Source of the DNA: Solirubrobacterales bacterium | GTDB lineage: Bacteria; Actinomycetota; Thermoleophilia; Solirubrobacterales; 70-9 | DNA length: 64,000 nt | NCBI GenBank assembly: GCA_035534175.1 | Contig: DATLSM010000073.1 | Span: 338-64,337, forward strand | Reading direction: 5' to 3' | Shown: in pieces, positions 8,954 through 17,300 of the stretch | Numbering within the stretch: position 1 is the first letter of the stretch | Layout: each line of letters begins with the position of its first letter | Notes under the pieces: generated by a model | Database searches by the model: none | The model's input: the letters and a program-made list of their open reading frames with translations, nothing else | What the model was told of the DNA's origin: nothing | Position numbers and translations under genes: made by a program

Positions 8954-10363
8954 TCAGTCTTGGGCCGGGACGCCGCCGGCGACGACGTTGACGAAGTTCT
9001 CCAGATGGCGGGTGGTCCAACACTCGAAGGCGCCGTCGCAATAGCGCTCGTAGGCGGCCATCACCGAGTCGCCGTAGTTCCAGTAGAGGCGCGGCTCGGG
9101 ATTCAGCCAGAAGAGGCGGCCCGCCCGCTCGGCGACCTGGGCGAACACCTCGGCGTGGGGCTCGCGTCCGTTGGTGCGGGCGTCGCCGAGCACGATCACC
9201 GTCGAGCGGGGGTCGAGCTCGTCCGAGATCTGGGTGAGGAACTCGAGCCAGACGCGGCCATAGTCGGTGTAGCCGGAGACGTCGGCGACGCCGCCCTCGC
9301 TGGAGATCCGCTGGGCGATCGCCCGGAAGTCGCGCTCGTGCTCGAAGACCTCGGTCACCTCTGATATCCGCTCGATGAAGACGAAGCTGCGCAGCTTGCG
9401 GAACGAGTCGTGCAGCGCATGCAGGACGGAGAGGAAGAACACGCTGGCCGAGGTGACCGAGGTGGAGACGTCGCAGAGGACGTAGATCTCGGGCCGGCGC
9501 GGGCGCTTGGGCCGGTAGCGCAGGCGCAGCGGCACCCCACCGGTCTCCAGCGAGGCCCGCATCGTGCGTCGCACATCGACCGCCTGCCCTTTGCGGCGCC
9601 CGCGCTGCTCGTGCCCCAGCGTCGCCAGCCGCCGCTTCATCTGAAAGACGGCGCGGTGCACGGCTGCCAGGTCCTGGGTTGGGCTGGTCGGCAGGGCGCG
9701 GTCGAGCTCGGCCAGGGGGCGGGCGGGGGGCAGGGTCGAGGTGCGCTCGATCAGCTCGCGTTCCAGCTCGCGCCGCAGGTGGCGCTCGAAGCGGTTGAGC
9801 TGGTCGCGGTCGATCGGCGCCAGCTCGGCGGCTCCGTCGGCCGCCGGTTGCTCTGCCCCGGCCGAGAGGCCGAGGGTGCGACGGATCCGCTGCACGTCGA
9901 CCCCGACCACGCCCGATCCCTCGGCGCGGCGACCGAAGGCGGCGATCGCCAGCCGCGCCAGGTCGCGCATCTGGCCGTCGTTTCCGTCGATGATCGCCTG
10001 CCGGATCTGCTCGCGCAGCTCGTCGATGTCGAGCCGCTCGCCGCCCTCTTCGCGCTCCCCGCTCTCGCCGATCCCCCGCCCCACGGCCTCGGCCTCGGCG
10101 GCGCGAAAGAAGAAGCGGTCAAAGAGCAGCTCGAAGACGCGCCGGTCCTCCTGCGACTTGGCTACCGTCGACGCCAGCGCCTCGCGGAAGTCCTCCTGCG
10201 CGCTCCAGGGCACCTGGTCCAGCGCGGCGAAGGCGTCGAGGATCTCCGAGGTCCCGACCGCGACCCCCTCGCTGCGAAGTTCCTCGCAGAAGCCCAGCAG
10301 CTTGGCCGCCACTCCGGGCGGGCCCGGGTCGGCCCTCGGCCCATATGGCAAGCCTGCGCTCAT
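8954..10363 (-). CDS. VWA domain protein, CoxE-like
   Basis: ORF 8954-10363. It has the MIDAS-type motif YVLCDVSTSV and the C-terminal VIVLGDARTNG. It sits directly downstream of a MoxR ATPase. Confidence 0.8.
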   Translation of the reverse strand: MSAGLPYGPRADPGPPGVAAKLLGFCEELRSEGVAVGTSEILDAFAALDQVPWSAQEDFREALASTVAKSQEDRRVFELLFDRFFFRAAEAEAVGRGIGESGEREEGGERLDIDELREQIRQAIIDGNDGQMRDLARLAIAAFGRRAEGSGVVGVDVQRIRRTLGLSAGAEQPAADGAAELAPIDRDQLNRFERHLRRELERELIERTSTLPPARPLAELDRALPTSPTQDLAAVHRAVFQMKRRLATLGHEQRGRRKGQAVDVRRTMRASLETGGVPLRLRYRPKRPRRPEIYVLCDVSTSVTSASVFFLSVLHALHDSFRKLRSFVFIERISEVTEVFEHERDFRAIAQRISSEGGVADVSGYTDYGRVWLEFLTQISDELDPRSTVIVLGDARTNGREPHAEVFAQVAERAGRLFWLNPEPRLYWNYGDSVMAAYERYCDGAFECWTTRHLENFVNVVAGGVPAQD

Positions 10364-10371
10364 TGCTGCCT

Positions 10372-11328
10372 TTACCCCGTCGACTGGGCGGGCGCCTCGG
10401 CCAGTTTCACGCCCACCCGCTCGGCGACGAGGTCGATGTCGGTGCGATGCTTGACGATGATCGACATCGATTGCTCAAAGACGGAGCGGTCGATGTCCTC
10501 AGCCCCGATCAGCAGCAGGGTGCGCGCCCAGTCGATCGACTCGGAGATCGAGGGAGGCTTCTTCAGATCGAGGCTGCGGACCATACGCACCACCTCGACC
10601 AGGCGCCGCGCCAGCGCCTCCGGCAGCTCGGGCGCGTGAAGGCGGACGATCGCCATCTCCCGCTCCAGCTCGGGGTAGTCGAGCCAGAGGTAAAGGCAGC
10701 GGCGCTTCAGCGCCTCGGTCAGCTCACGTGAGTTGTTGGAGGTGAGGACGACTATCGGCATCGTCGTCGCCGAGACCTGGCCCAGCTCGGGGATCGTGAT
10801 CTGGAAGTCGGAGAGCAGCTCGAGCAGCATCGCCTCGAACTCCTGGTCGGTCTTGTCGATCTCATCGATCAGCAGCACCACCGGCTCGGGGCTGGCAATC
10901 GCCTGCATCAACGGCCGCTCCAGCAGGAATTCCGGGCTGAAGATGTCAGTTAGAACACCGCCTCCCGCGCTCCCATCAGGAACCCGGGATTCAGACCCCG
11001 ATCGGTCCTCATTGCCGCCCTCGGGGGCGGCCTGGTCTTTGGCGGCCTGGATCCAGAGGAGTTGTTTGCGGTAGTTCCACTCATAGAGGGCCTTCGCCTC
11101 GTCCAGGCCCTCGTAGCACTGAAGACGGATCAGCTCGCGGTCGGTGGCGCGGGAGAGCGCCTTGGCCAGCTCGGTCTTGCCGACCCCCGCCGGGCCCTCG
11201 ACCAAGACCGGCTTACCGAGCCGCTGGGCGAGGAAGGAGACCAGCGCCGCCGGCTCATCGGCGAGGTAGCCGGCCCTCTCCAGCGCGGACTTGACCTCGG
11301 CGACGGTGCCGTCGATCGAATCAGGCAT
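10372..11328 (-). CDS. MoxR-class AAA+ ATPase, CoxD-like
   Basis: ORF 10372-11328. It has Walker A GPAGVGKTELAKAL and Walker B VLLIDEIDK. There is an 8-nt gap to the VWA gene. Confidence 0.85.
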   Translation of the reverse strand: MPDSIDGTVAEVKSALERAGYLADEPAALVSFLAQRLGKPVLVEGPAGVGKTELAKALSRATDRELIRLQCYEGLDEAKALYEWNYRKQLLWIQAAKDQAAPEGGNEDRSGSESRVPDGSAGGGVLTDIFSPEFLLERPLMQAIASPEPVVLLIDEIDKTDQEFEAMLLELLSDFQITIPELGQVSATTMPIVVLTSNNSRELTEALKRRCLYLWLDYPELEREMAIVRLHAPELPEALARRLVEVVRMVRSLDLKKPPSISESIDWARTLLLIGAEDIDRSVFEQSMSIIVKHRTDIDLVAERVGVKLAEAPAQSTG

Positions 11329-11444
11329 CGCCCGCCGCCGGCCGAGGGGGCGCCAGATCTGGATGTCGCGCTTGCGCCGCGCTCATGCTGGCGATCATAA
11401 TCCGCCGGGTCCCTGGCCCCGTCGCGCCGCAGGCTCTACGATCA

Positions 11445-12680
11445 ATGCGGCAGCAGCCCAAATTCAGCCAGCCAGGAGGATCCACCGCCTTGAGCCGAAT
11501 CCGCGTCTCCATAGTCTTCGCCGCGTTGCTCGCGCTGGCGACCGTGCTTGCCGCCTGCGGCAGCAGCAGCGGCAGCAGCAGCGAAAACCCGCAGAAGGTC
11601 GTCAACGAAGCGACGCTGAAGGGCGTCAAGAGCGGCAATCTGGACCTCACGCTGGGGGTCAAGGTGGAAGGCAAGGAAGGGGGCAACGTCAACGTCAGCC
11701 TCTCGGGACCGTTCCAAAGTCAGGGCAAGGGACAGCCTCCCGAGCTCGACCTGAGTGCAAAGGTCAACGGTTCGGTCAAAGGCAAGCCGGTCAACTTCGA
11801 AGGCGGCCTGACGCTGCTTGCCGAAAAGGCCTATGTCGACTACAAGGGAACCGAGTACGAAGTCGAACCGACAACCTTCAACTACGTCAAGACGACGATC
11901 GAACAGGACCAGCAGAAAAACGGCGCCCAGAGCAAATCGGCTGGCTCCACGGCTTGCCAGGAAGCGGCCTCCGACCTGAAGGTCGGTAGCTTCATCGAAC
12001 AGCTCAAGAACGAAGGCAGCACCGAAGTCGCCGGCACCGGCACGACGCACGTCAGCGGCGCCCTGGACATCGCTGGAGCGATTGGCGCGCTGCTCAAACT
12101 GAGCGAAAACCCGGCCTGTCACTCGGTCCTCGGCGCCTCCGGGCAGGTGCCATCGGCCGCCGCCCTGGAAAAGGCCAAAGGTCAGGTGGAAAGCGCGGTG
12201 AAGGCGGCGCACGTCGACCTCTACGTCGGCAGCGACCACATCCTGCGCAAAATCACCGGCGAACTGGAGATCGAACCGCCGAATCGCTCCAGCGGCCCGA
12301 AGAAGGTCGCTCTGACCTTCGACCTGTCGCTCAGCGGGGTGAACGAATCGCAGACGATCAGCGCCCCCTCCGGCGCAAAGTCGCTGAACGAACTCTTCCA
12401 GAAGCTCGGCGTCAACCCGATTGAACTGCTCGGCGCGGTGAGCGGCAAGGGAGGCCTGAGTGGGCTGACCAAGGGTCTTGGCGGCGGCTCCTCCAGCGGT
12501 CTGGGCAGCATCTTGAACGGGCTGAGCGCCAGTGGCGGCGGGTCATCGAGCTCCGGCGCCAGCCCGCCCTCGGGTGGCGTTTCGGCCGCTGGCGGCTCTC
12601 AACAGGCCTACATGAAGTGCCTGCAGGGGGCCTCCACCCCGGCCGATCTCCAGAAGTGCGCCGCGCTGCTGAAAAAGTAG
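11445..12680 (+). CDS. secreted lipoprotein of unknown function
   Basis: ORF 11385-12680 trimmed to ATG 11445. It has the lipobox LATVLAACGSSSGSSS, a Gly/Ser-rich tail and a C-terminal Cys pair (MKCLQG...LQKCAALLKK). I do not recognise a family. Confidence 0.6.
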   Translation: MRQQPKFSQPGGSTALSRIRVSIVFAALLALATVLAACGSSSGSSSENPQKVVNEATLKGVKSGNLDLTLGVKVEGKEGGNVNVSLSGPFQSQGKGQPPELDLSAKVNGSVKGKPVNFEGGLTLLAEKAYVDYKGTEYEVEPTTFNYVKTTIEQDQQKNGAQSKSAGSTACQEAASDLKVGSFIEQLKNEGSTEVAGTGTTHVSGALDIAGAIGALLKLSENPACHSVLGASGQVPSAAALEKAKGQVESAVKAAHVDLYVGSDHILRKITGELEIEPPNRSSGPKKVALTFDLSLSGVNESQTISAPSGAKSLNELFQKLGVNPIELLGAVSGKGGLSGLTKGLGGGSSSGLGSILNGLSASGGGSSSSGASPPSGGVSAAGGSQQAYMKCLQGASTPADLQKCAALLKK

Positions 12681-12699
12681 CGCGGCGCGGCGCCAGCCG

Positions 12700-13701
12700 T
12701 TGAGCGTTCTGGGGCTGGCGCTCAGCTTCGCCGTAATCCTCGCCGGAGCGCTGCTCTTCACCAACGCGGTGGAGTGGATCGGGCACCGGCTGAAGCTGGG
12801 CGAGGGCGCGGTGGGCAGCGTGCTGGCAGCGATTGGCACGGCGATGCCCGAGACGCTGATCGCGATCGTCGCCCTGCTCGGCGCCTCCAGCGGGTCCCAC
12901 CAGGTGGCGATCGGAGCGATAGTTGGCGCCCCGTTTCTGCTCGGGACCCTGGCGATGGGTCTGGTCGGCCTCTTCCTCCACCTCTTCCGGGGCCGGCGTG
13001 CGCAGGGCTTGGCGCTGAGCGCCCACGGGCCGACCCTGGAGCGCGACTTGCTCTTCTTCCTCGCCTTCTTCGCCGGGGCCCTGGCGCTCTCCTGGGGACC
13101 GCCGGCGCTGCTGCGGATCCCGGTCGGGATCGCCTTCATCCTCTGCTACCCGCTCTACATCCGCCGCACGCTGCGCGGCGCCGGCGCGCTCCAGGCCGGT
13201 GAGACGCTCAACCCGTTGGTCTTCGAGCGCCGTGCGGCGCGCCGCCGAAGCCCCCCCATCGCACTCTGCGCGATACAGCTCCTGGTGGGCCTCGGAGCGA
13301 TGGTCGGCGGCGCCCACCTCTTCGTCGTCGAGCTGCTGAAGATCGCCGCGGATCTCGGGATCCAGGCCGTGGTCCTCGCCCTGATCCTCGCCCCGCTGGC
13401 GACCGAGCTGCCGGAGAAGGTCAACAGCTTCTTCTGGATCCGGGAAGGAAAGGACTCCCTGGCGCTGGGCAACATCACCGGGGCGATGGTTTTCCAGTCG
13501 ACGATCCCGGTCGGAATCGGTCTGATCTTCACCGGCTGGGCGCTGAGCGCGAACGCCACCCTCTCGGTGGCCCTCGGCCTGGCGGGCGGCTTCCTTGCCT
13601 ATCAGTGCCTGCACCGGCGCGGGCGCTTCACCACCCCCGCCATCGTCGCCTGGTTCGTCCTCTATGCGACCTTCATCTTCGTCGTCGTCCTCAGTGCCTG
13701 A
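12700..13701 (+). CDS. sodium/calcium exchanger (CaCA) family membrane protein
   Basis: ORF 12700-13701 with a TTG start. It has about 10 TM segments and two alpha-repeat motifs, GTAMPETLIAI and LATELPEKV. Confidence 0.8.
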   Translation: MSVLGLALSFAVILAGALLFTNAVEWIGHRLKLGEGAVGSVLAAIGTAMPETLIAIVALLGASSGSHQVAIGAIVGAPFLLGTLAMGLVGLFLHLFRGRRAQGLALSAHGPTLERDLLFFLAFFAGALALSWGPPALLRIPVGIAFILCYPLYIRRTLRGAGALQAGETLNPLVFERRAARRRSPPIALCAIQLLVGLGAMVGGAHLFVVELLKIAADLGIQAVVLALILAPLATELPEKVNSFFWIREGKDSLALGNITGAMVFQSTIPVGIGLIFTGWALSANATLSVALGLAGGFLAYQCLHRRGRFTTPAIVAWFVLYATFIFVVVLSA

Positions 13702-13716
13702 GGGGCGCGCAGGCGC

Positions 13717-14187
13717 TCAGGCACTCGATAGCTCGGCCAACGCGGCGAGCACGACGTCGTCGTGCGTCTTGGGCGAGACCTTGGGGAAGATCTTGGCGAT
13801 CCTGCCCTCCGGGTCGATCAGGAAGGTCGCCCGCTGCACCCCCATGTACTTCTTTCCATACATCGACCGCTCGCCCCAGACGCCGTATGCCTCGGCGACC
13901 GCGTGGTCGGCGTCGGCCAGCAGGGTGAAGTCGAGGTCGAATTTATCGGCGAACTTCCCGACATCCTCGACCGTGTCGGGGGAGATGCCGATGACCCGAG
14001 CCCCGGCCTCCCGGTACTCGGGGCCTCGATCGCGAACCCCGCAGGCCTGGATCGTGCAACCCGGTGTATCGGCACGGGGGTAGAAGTAGAGGACCACGGT
14101 GTCCCCCCGCAGGCTCGACAGCGCCAGCTGGTTGCCGCCCTGGTCGGGGAGCCTGAAGTCCGGCGCCTGATCGCCCTCGGCCGGCAT
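13717..14187 (-). CDS. bcp: thioredoxin-dependent thiol peroxidase Bcp
   Basis: ORF 13717-14187. It carries the motif YFYPRADTPGCTIQAC. Confidence 0.9.
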   Translation of the reverse strand: MPAEGDQAPDFRLPDQGGNQLALSSLRGDTVVLYFYPRADTPGCTIQACGVRDRGPEYREAGARVIGISPDTVEDVGKFADKFDLDFTLLADADHAVAEAYGVWGERSMYGKKYMGVQRATFLIDPEGRIAKIFPKVSPKTHDDVVLAALAELSSA

Positions 14188-14525
14188 CAGTCCTCCCGCC
14201 CGGGGTCCTGACCGCTCTCGTCCTCGTCGATCTCCTCGTCGCCCTGCTCCAGGGCGGTCTCAGAGACCGAGCCCGACGAGCCCGGGTGGTAGTGCGTCTG
14301 GAAGGACTGCATCAGGCGGTCGCGGTGGTCCTCGTCGACCGGCACCTCCTCGGAGATCCTCACCCACTCGGCTCCCTCGTAGGCCTCCATGTTGAAGACC
14401 TCCTGGTCGAGCGAGGTCGAGTCATCGACGACGACCAGGACCTCGGTCTGAGGGTTGAAGTAGGTCCCGGGCTGCAGCAGCAGCTCCTCGACCTCAATGA
14501 GGCCCTCTTTCGCTTGCTCCGCCAT
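14187..14525 (-). CDS. hypothetical strongly acidic 112-aa protein
   Basis: ORF 14187-14831 trimmed to ATG 14525. The sequence reads MAEQAKEGLIEVEELLLQPG...EQGDEEIDEDESGQDPGRED. Its TGA stop shares one nt with the bcp ATG (TGATG). Confidence 0.5.
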   Translation of the reverse strand: MAEQAKEGLIEVEELLLQPGTYFNPQTEVLVVVDDSTSLDQEVFNMEAYEGAEWVRISEEVPVDEDHRDRLMQSFQTHYHPGSSGSVSETALEQGDEEIDEDESGQDPGRED

Positions 14526-14613
14526 CGACTCGATCCTATCGCCCGCGCAGGGCTGGGGGAGCGTGGCAAAGGCGCGCCCGAGGCCCTCCCATCCGCTAGT
14601 CTTTGGAGGCTGG

Positions 14614-14629
14614 TTGACTGACCAGTCAA
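14614..14629. promoter_or_regulatory. inverted repeat TTGACTG-AC-CAGTCAA (TetR/FadR-type operator candidate)
   Basis: Read directly. 14 of 16 positions are palindromic. It lies 36 nt upstream of the acyl-CoA dehydrogenase GTG. Confidence 0.35.
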
Positions 14630-14664
14630 TCGGCATCTTCCGCCCAAGAAAAGGAGCTCGAGCA

Positions 14665-15903
14665 GTGGTTGACTTCACCCTCACCGACGAGCAGAAGGAC
14701 CTGCGCGAGCTGGCCCACACCTTCGCCGAGAAAGAGATCCGCAAGGTCGCCTGGGAGTACGACAAGGACGGCACCTGGCCCCAGGACATCATCGAGAAGG
14801 CCTGGGAGGTGGGGCTGATGAACACCCACATCCCCGAGGCCTACGGCGGTCCCGGCCTTGACTATCTCTCCGGCTGTCTGATCGAGGAGGAGATGGGCTG
14901 GGGATGCTCGGGCGTCGGCACCTCGCTGATGGCCAACGGCCTGGCCTCCGCCCCGATCACCCTCGGCGGCTCCGAGGAGACGAAGAAGAAGTACCTGGGG
15001 ATGCTCTGCGAGGAGCCGAAGCTGGCCTCCTTCTGCCTGACCGAGCCGGACGCCGGCTCCGACGTCTCGGGGATGAAAACTCGCGCCGTGAAGAAGGGCG
15101 ACAAGTACGTGATCACCGGCTCCAAGTGCTTCATCACCAACGGCACCTACGCCGATTACTTCACCGTCTACGCCAAGACCGATCCCGAGGCGGGCCACCG
15201 CGGGATCAGCGCCTTCGTCGTCGACGCCGACCTCCCCGGGGTCAGCGTCGACAAGAAGGAGGACAAGATGGGTCAGCGGGCATCGAACACCGCGACCATC
15301 TCCTTCGACCAGGTCGAGATCCCGGCCGAGAACCTGATCGGTGAGGAAAACAGGGGATTCAAACTGGCGATGATGACCCTCGATCGCACCCGTCCGGGCG
15401 TCTCGGCGATGGCTGTCGGCATCGGTCGCGCCGCCTTCGAGTTTGCCGCTGCGTACTCCAAGGAACGGGTCCAGTTCGGCGTGCCGATCGCGATGCACCA
15501 GGCGATCCAGTTCATGATCGCCGACATGGCGACCAAGGTCGAGGCGGGCCGCCTCCTGGTCTGGAATTCGGCGGTCCTGCTCGATGAGGGCAAGCGCAAT
15601 ACCCGCGTCTCCTCGATGGCCAAGCGCTTCGCCGCCGACTCGGCGATGGAGATCACCGTCGACGCCGTCCAGGTCTACGGTGGCTACGGCTTCATCAAGG
15701 AGTACCCGGTGGAGAAACTGATGCGCGACGCAAAGATCATGCAGCTCTACGAGGGGACCAGCCAGATCCAGCGCCTGGTCATCGCCAAAGAGGTGCTGCT
15801 GCCGCGCAATATCGACGAGAGCACCCCCGAGGCTCAGGCGGCCGCCAATCAGGCGAGCGAGTCCGAGGCCAGCCAGGCCGAGCAGGCAGCCGCTACTGTC
15901 TGA
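14665..15903 (+). CDS. acyl-CoA dehydrogenase
   Basis: ORF 14497-15903 trimmed to GTG 14665, which is preceded by AAGGAG (14651-14656). It reads VVDFTLTDEQKDLRELAHTFAEKEI...YEGTSQIQRLVIAKEVL. It has an extra Ala/Gln/Glu-rich C-terminal tail. Confidence 0.9.
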   Translation: MVDFTLTDEQKDLRELAHTFAEKEIRKVAWEYDKDGTWPQDIIEKAWEVGLMNTHIPEAYGGPGLDYLSGCLIEEEMGWGCSGVGTSLMANGLASAPITLGGSEETKKKYLGMLCEEPKLASFCLTEPDAGSDVSGMKTRAVKKGDKYVITGSKCFITNGTYADYFTVYAKTDPEAGHRGISAFVVDADLPGVSVDKKEDKMGQRASNTATISFDQVEIPAENLIGEENRGFKLAMMTLDRTRPGVSAMAVGIGRAAFEFAAAYSKERVQFGVPIAMHQAIQFMIADMATKVEAGRLLVWNSAVLLDEGKRNTRVSSMAKRFAADSAMEITVDAVQVYGGYGFIKEYPVEKLMRDAKIMQLYEGTSQIQRLVIAKEVLLPRNIDESTPEAQAAANQASESEASQAEQAAATV

Positions 15904-15906
15904 GCG

Positions 15907-17298
15907 ATGAACCTCTCCGAGCGCGTCGCCGCCGGAAAGGCGGCGCGCTCGGAGGCTCCCCGTTCAGCCCACGCTGCCTGGGAGCCGCCGCCCGATCGCG
16001 CCGACCCGATCGGGATCCTCGAAGCCCAGGCCCGCTCGCGCGTGCCCGAGCTGGTCCCGATCCGCTACGGACGGATGGCCGTCTCGCCCTTCAGCTTCTT
16101 TCGTGGCGCCGCCGCGGTGATGGCGGCGGACCTTGCCACGACCCCGATCTCGGGTCTGCGGGTGCAGGCCTGCGGCGACGCCCACCTGACCAACTTCGGC
16201 ACATTCGCCGCGCCCGACCGTCGCCTCGTCTTCGACCTCAACGACTTCGACGAGAGCCTTCCCGGCCCCTGGGAGTGGGACGTCAAGCGCCTGGCTGCCA
16301 GCTTCGCCATCGCCGGGCGCGAAAACGGCTTCAAGGCCAAGCAGCGGCGTGAGGTGGTGCTCAGGGCGGTCGGCAACTATCGCGAGGCGATGCGCGGCTT
16401 TGCCTCGCTCAGCGACCTCGACGTCTGGTACGCGCGCCTGGACGTCGAGGCGTTGCTGGGGAACCTCCCGCCCGAGGCCAAGCTGGCCGCGGGCCACAAG
16501 GCGCTGCGGCGGGCCGAGCGCGGCCTGGCCAAGGCTCGCTCCAAGGACAACATGCGCGCCTTCGACAAACTCACCCACACAGTCGACGGGGAACTGAGGA
16601 TTGTCAGCGACCCGCCCCTGATCGTCCCGATCGAGGAGTTGCTGCCACCGGGGGAGAGCCGCGATCTGCAGCAGACGATGACCGACCTGCTCGCCTCCTA
16701 TCGCTCCACCATGCAGGGCGATCGCCAGCATCTGCTCGGTCGCTACCAGTTCCGCCACCTGGCGCGCAAGGTGGTCGGGGTGGGCAGCGTCGGTACGCGG
16801 GCCTGGGTGGCACTGTTCACCGGAGCCGATGACAATGACCCGCTTTTCCTCCAGGCGAAGGAGGCTGAGGCCTCGGTGTTGGAGCCCTACGTGGGGGGCA
16901 GCCGCTTTAAGAACCACGGCAGGCGGGTGGTGGAAGGCCAGCGGCTGACGCAGGCCGCCAGCGACGTCTTCCTCGGCTGGTGTCCGGCGATTGGCTTTGA
17001 CGGGCACGATCGCGACTTCTACGTGCGCCAGCTCTGGGATTGGAAGGGCTCGGCCAACGTCGAATCGATGAACCCGGTGGCGATGGGCATCTACGCGCAG
17101 ATGTGCGGTTGGACGCTGGCCCGGGCCCACGCCCGCTCCGGCGACCGGATCGCCGTCTCCGGTTACCTCGGCGCCAGTAGGACATTCGACGAGGCGATCG
17201 CCGAGTTCTCTGAGCTCTACGCCCAGCAGAGCGAGCGCGACCACGCGGATCTCCGTGCGGCGATCGACTCCGGGCGCCTGGTCGCAGAGAACGCCTGA
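15907..17298 (+). CDS. DUF2252 domain protein
   Basis: ORF 15907-17298. It has PIRYGRMAVSPFSFFRGAA, CGDAHLTNFG and LNDFDE, as I remember for DUF2252. There is a 3-nt gap to the upstream gene and a 2-nt gap to the downstream gene. Confidence 0.75.
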   Translation: MNLSERVAAGKAARSEAPRSAHAAWEPPPDRADPIGILEAQARSRVPELVPIRYGRMAVSPFSFFRGAAAVMAADLATTPISGLRVQACGDAHLTNFGTFAAPDRRLVFDLNDFDESLPGPWEWDVKRLAASFAIAGRENGFKAKQRREVVLRAVGNYREAMRGFASLSDLDVWYARLDVEALLGNLPPEAKLAAGHKALRRAERGLAKARSKDNMRAFDKLTHTVDGELRIVSDPPLIVPIEELLPPGESRDLQQTMTDLLASYRSTMQGDRQHLLGRYQFRHLARKVVGVGSVGTRAWVALFTGADDNDPLFLQAKEAEASVLEPYVGGSRFKNHGRRVVEGQRLTQAASDVFLGWCPAIGFDGHDRDFYVRQLWDWKGSANVESMNPVAMGIYAQMCGWTLARAHARSGDRIAVSGYLGASRTFDEAIAEFSELYAQQSERDHADLRAAIDSGRLVAENA

Positions 17299-17300
17299 GC

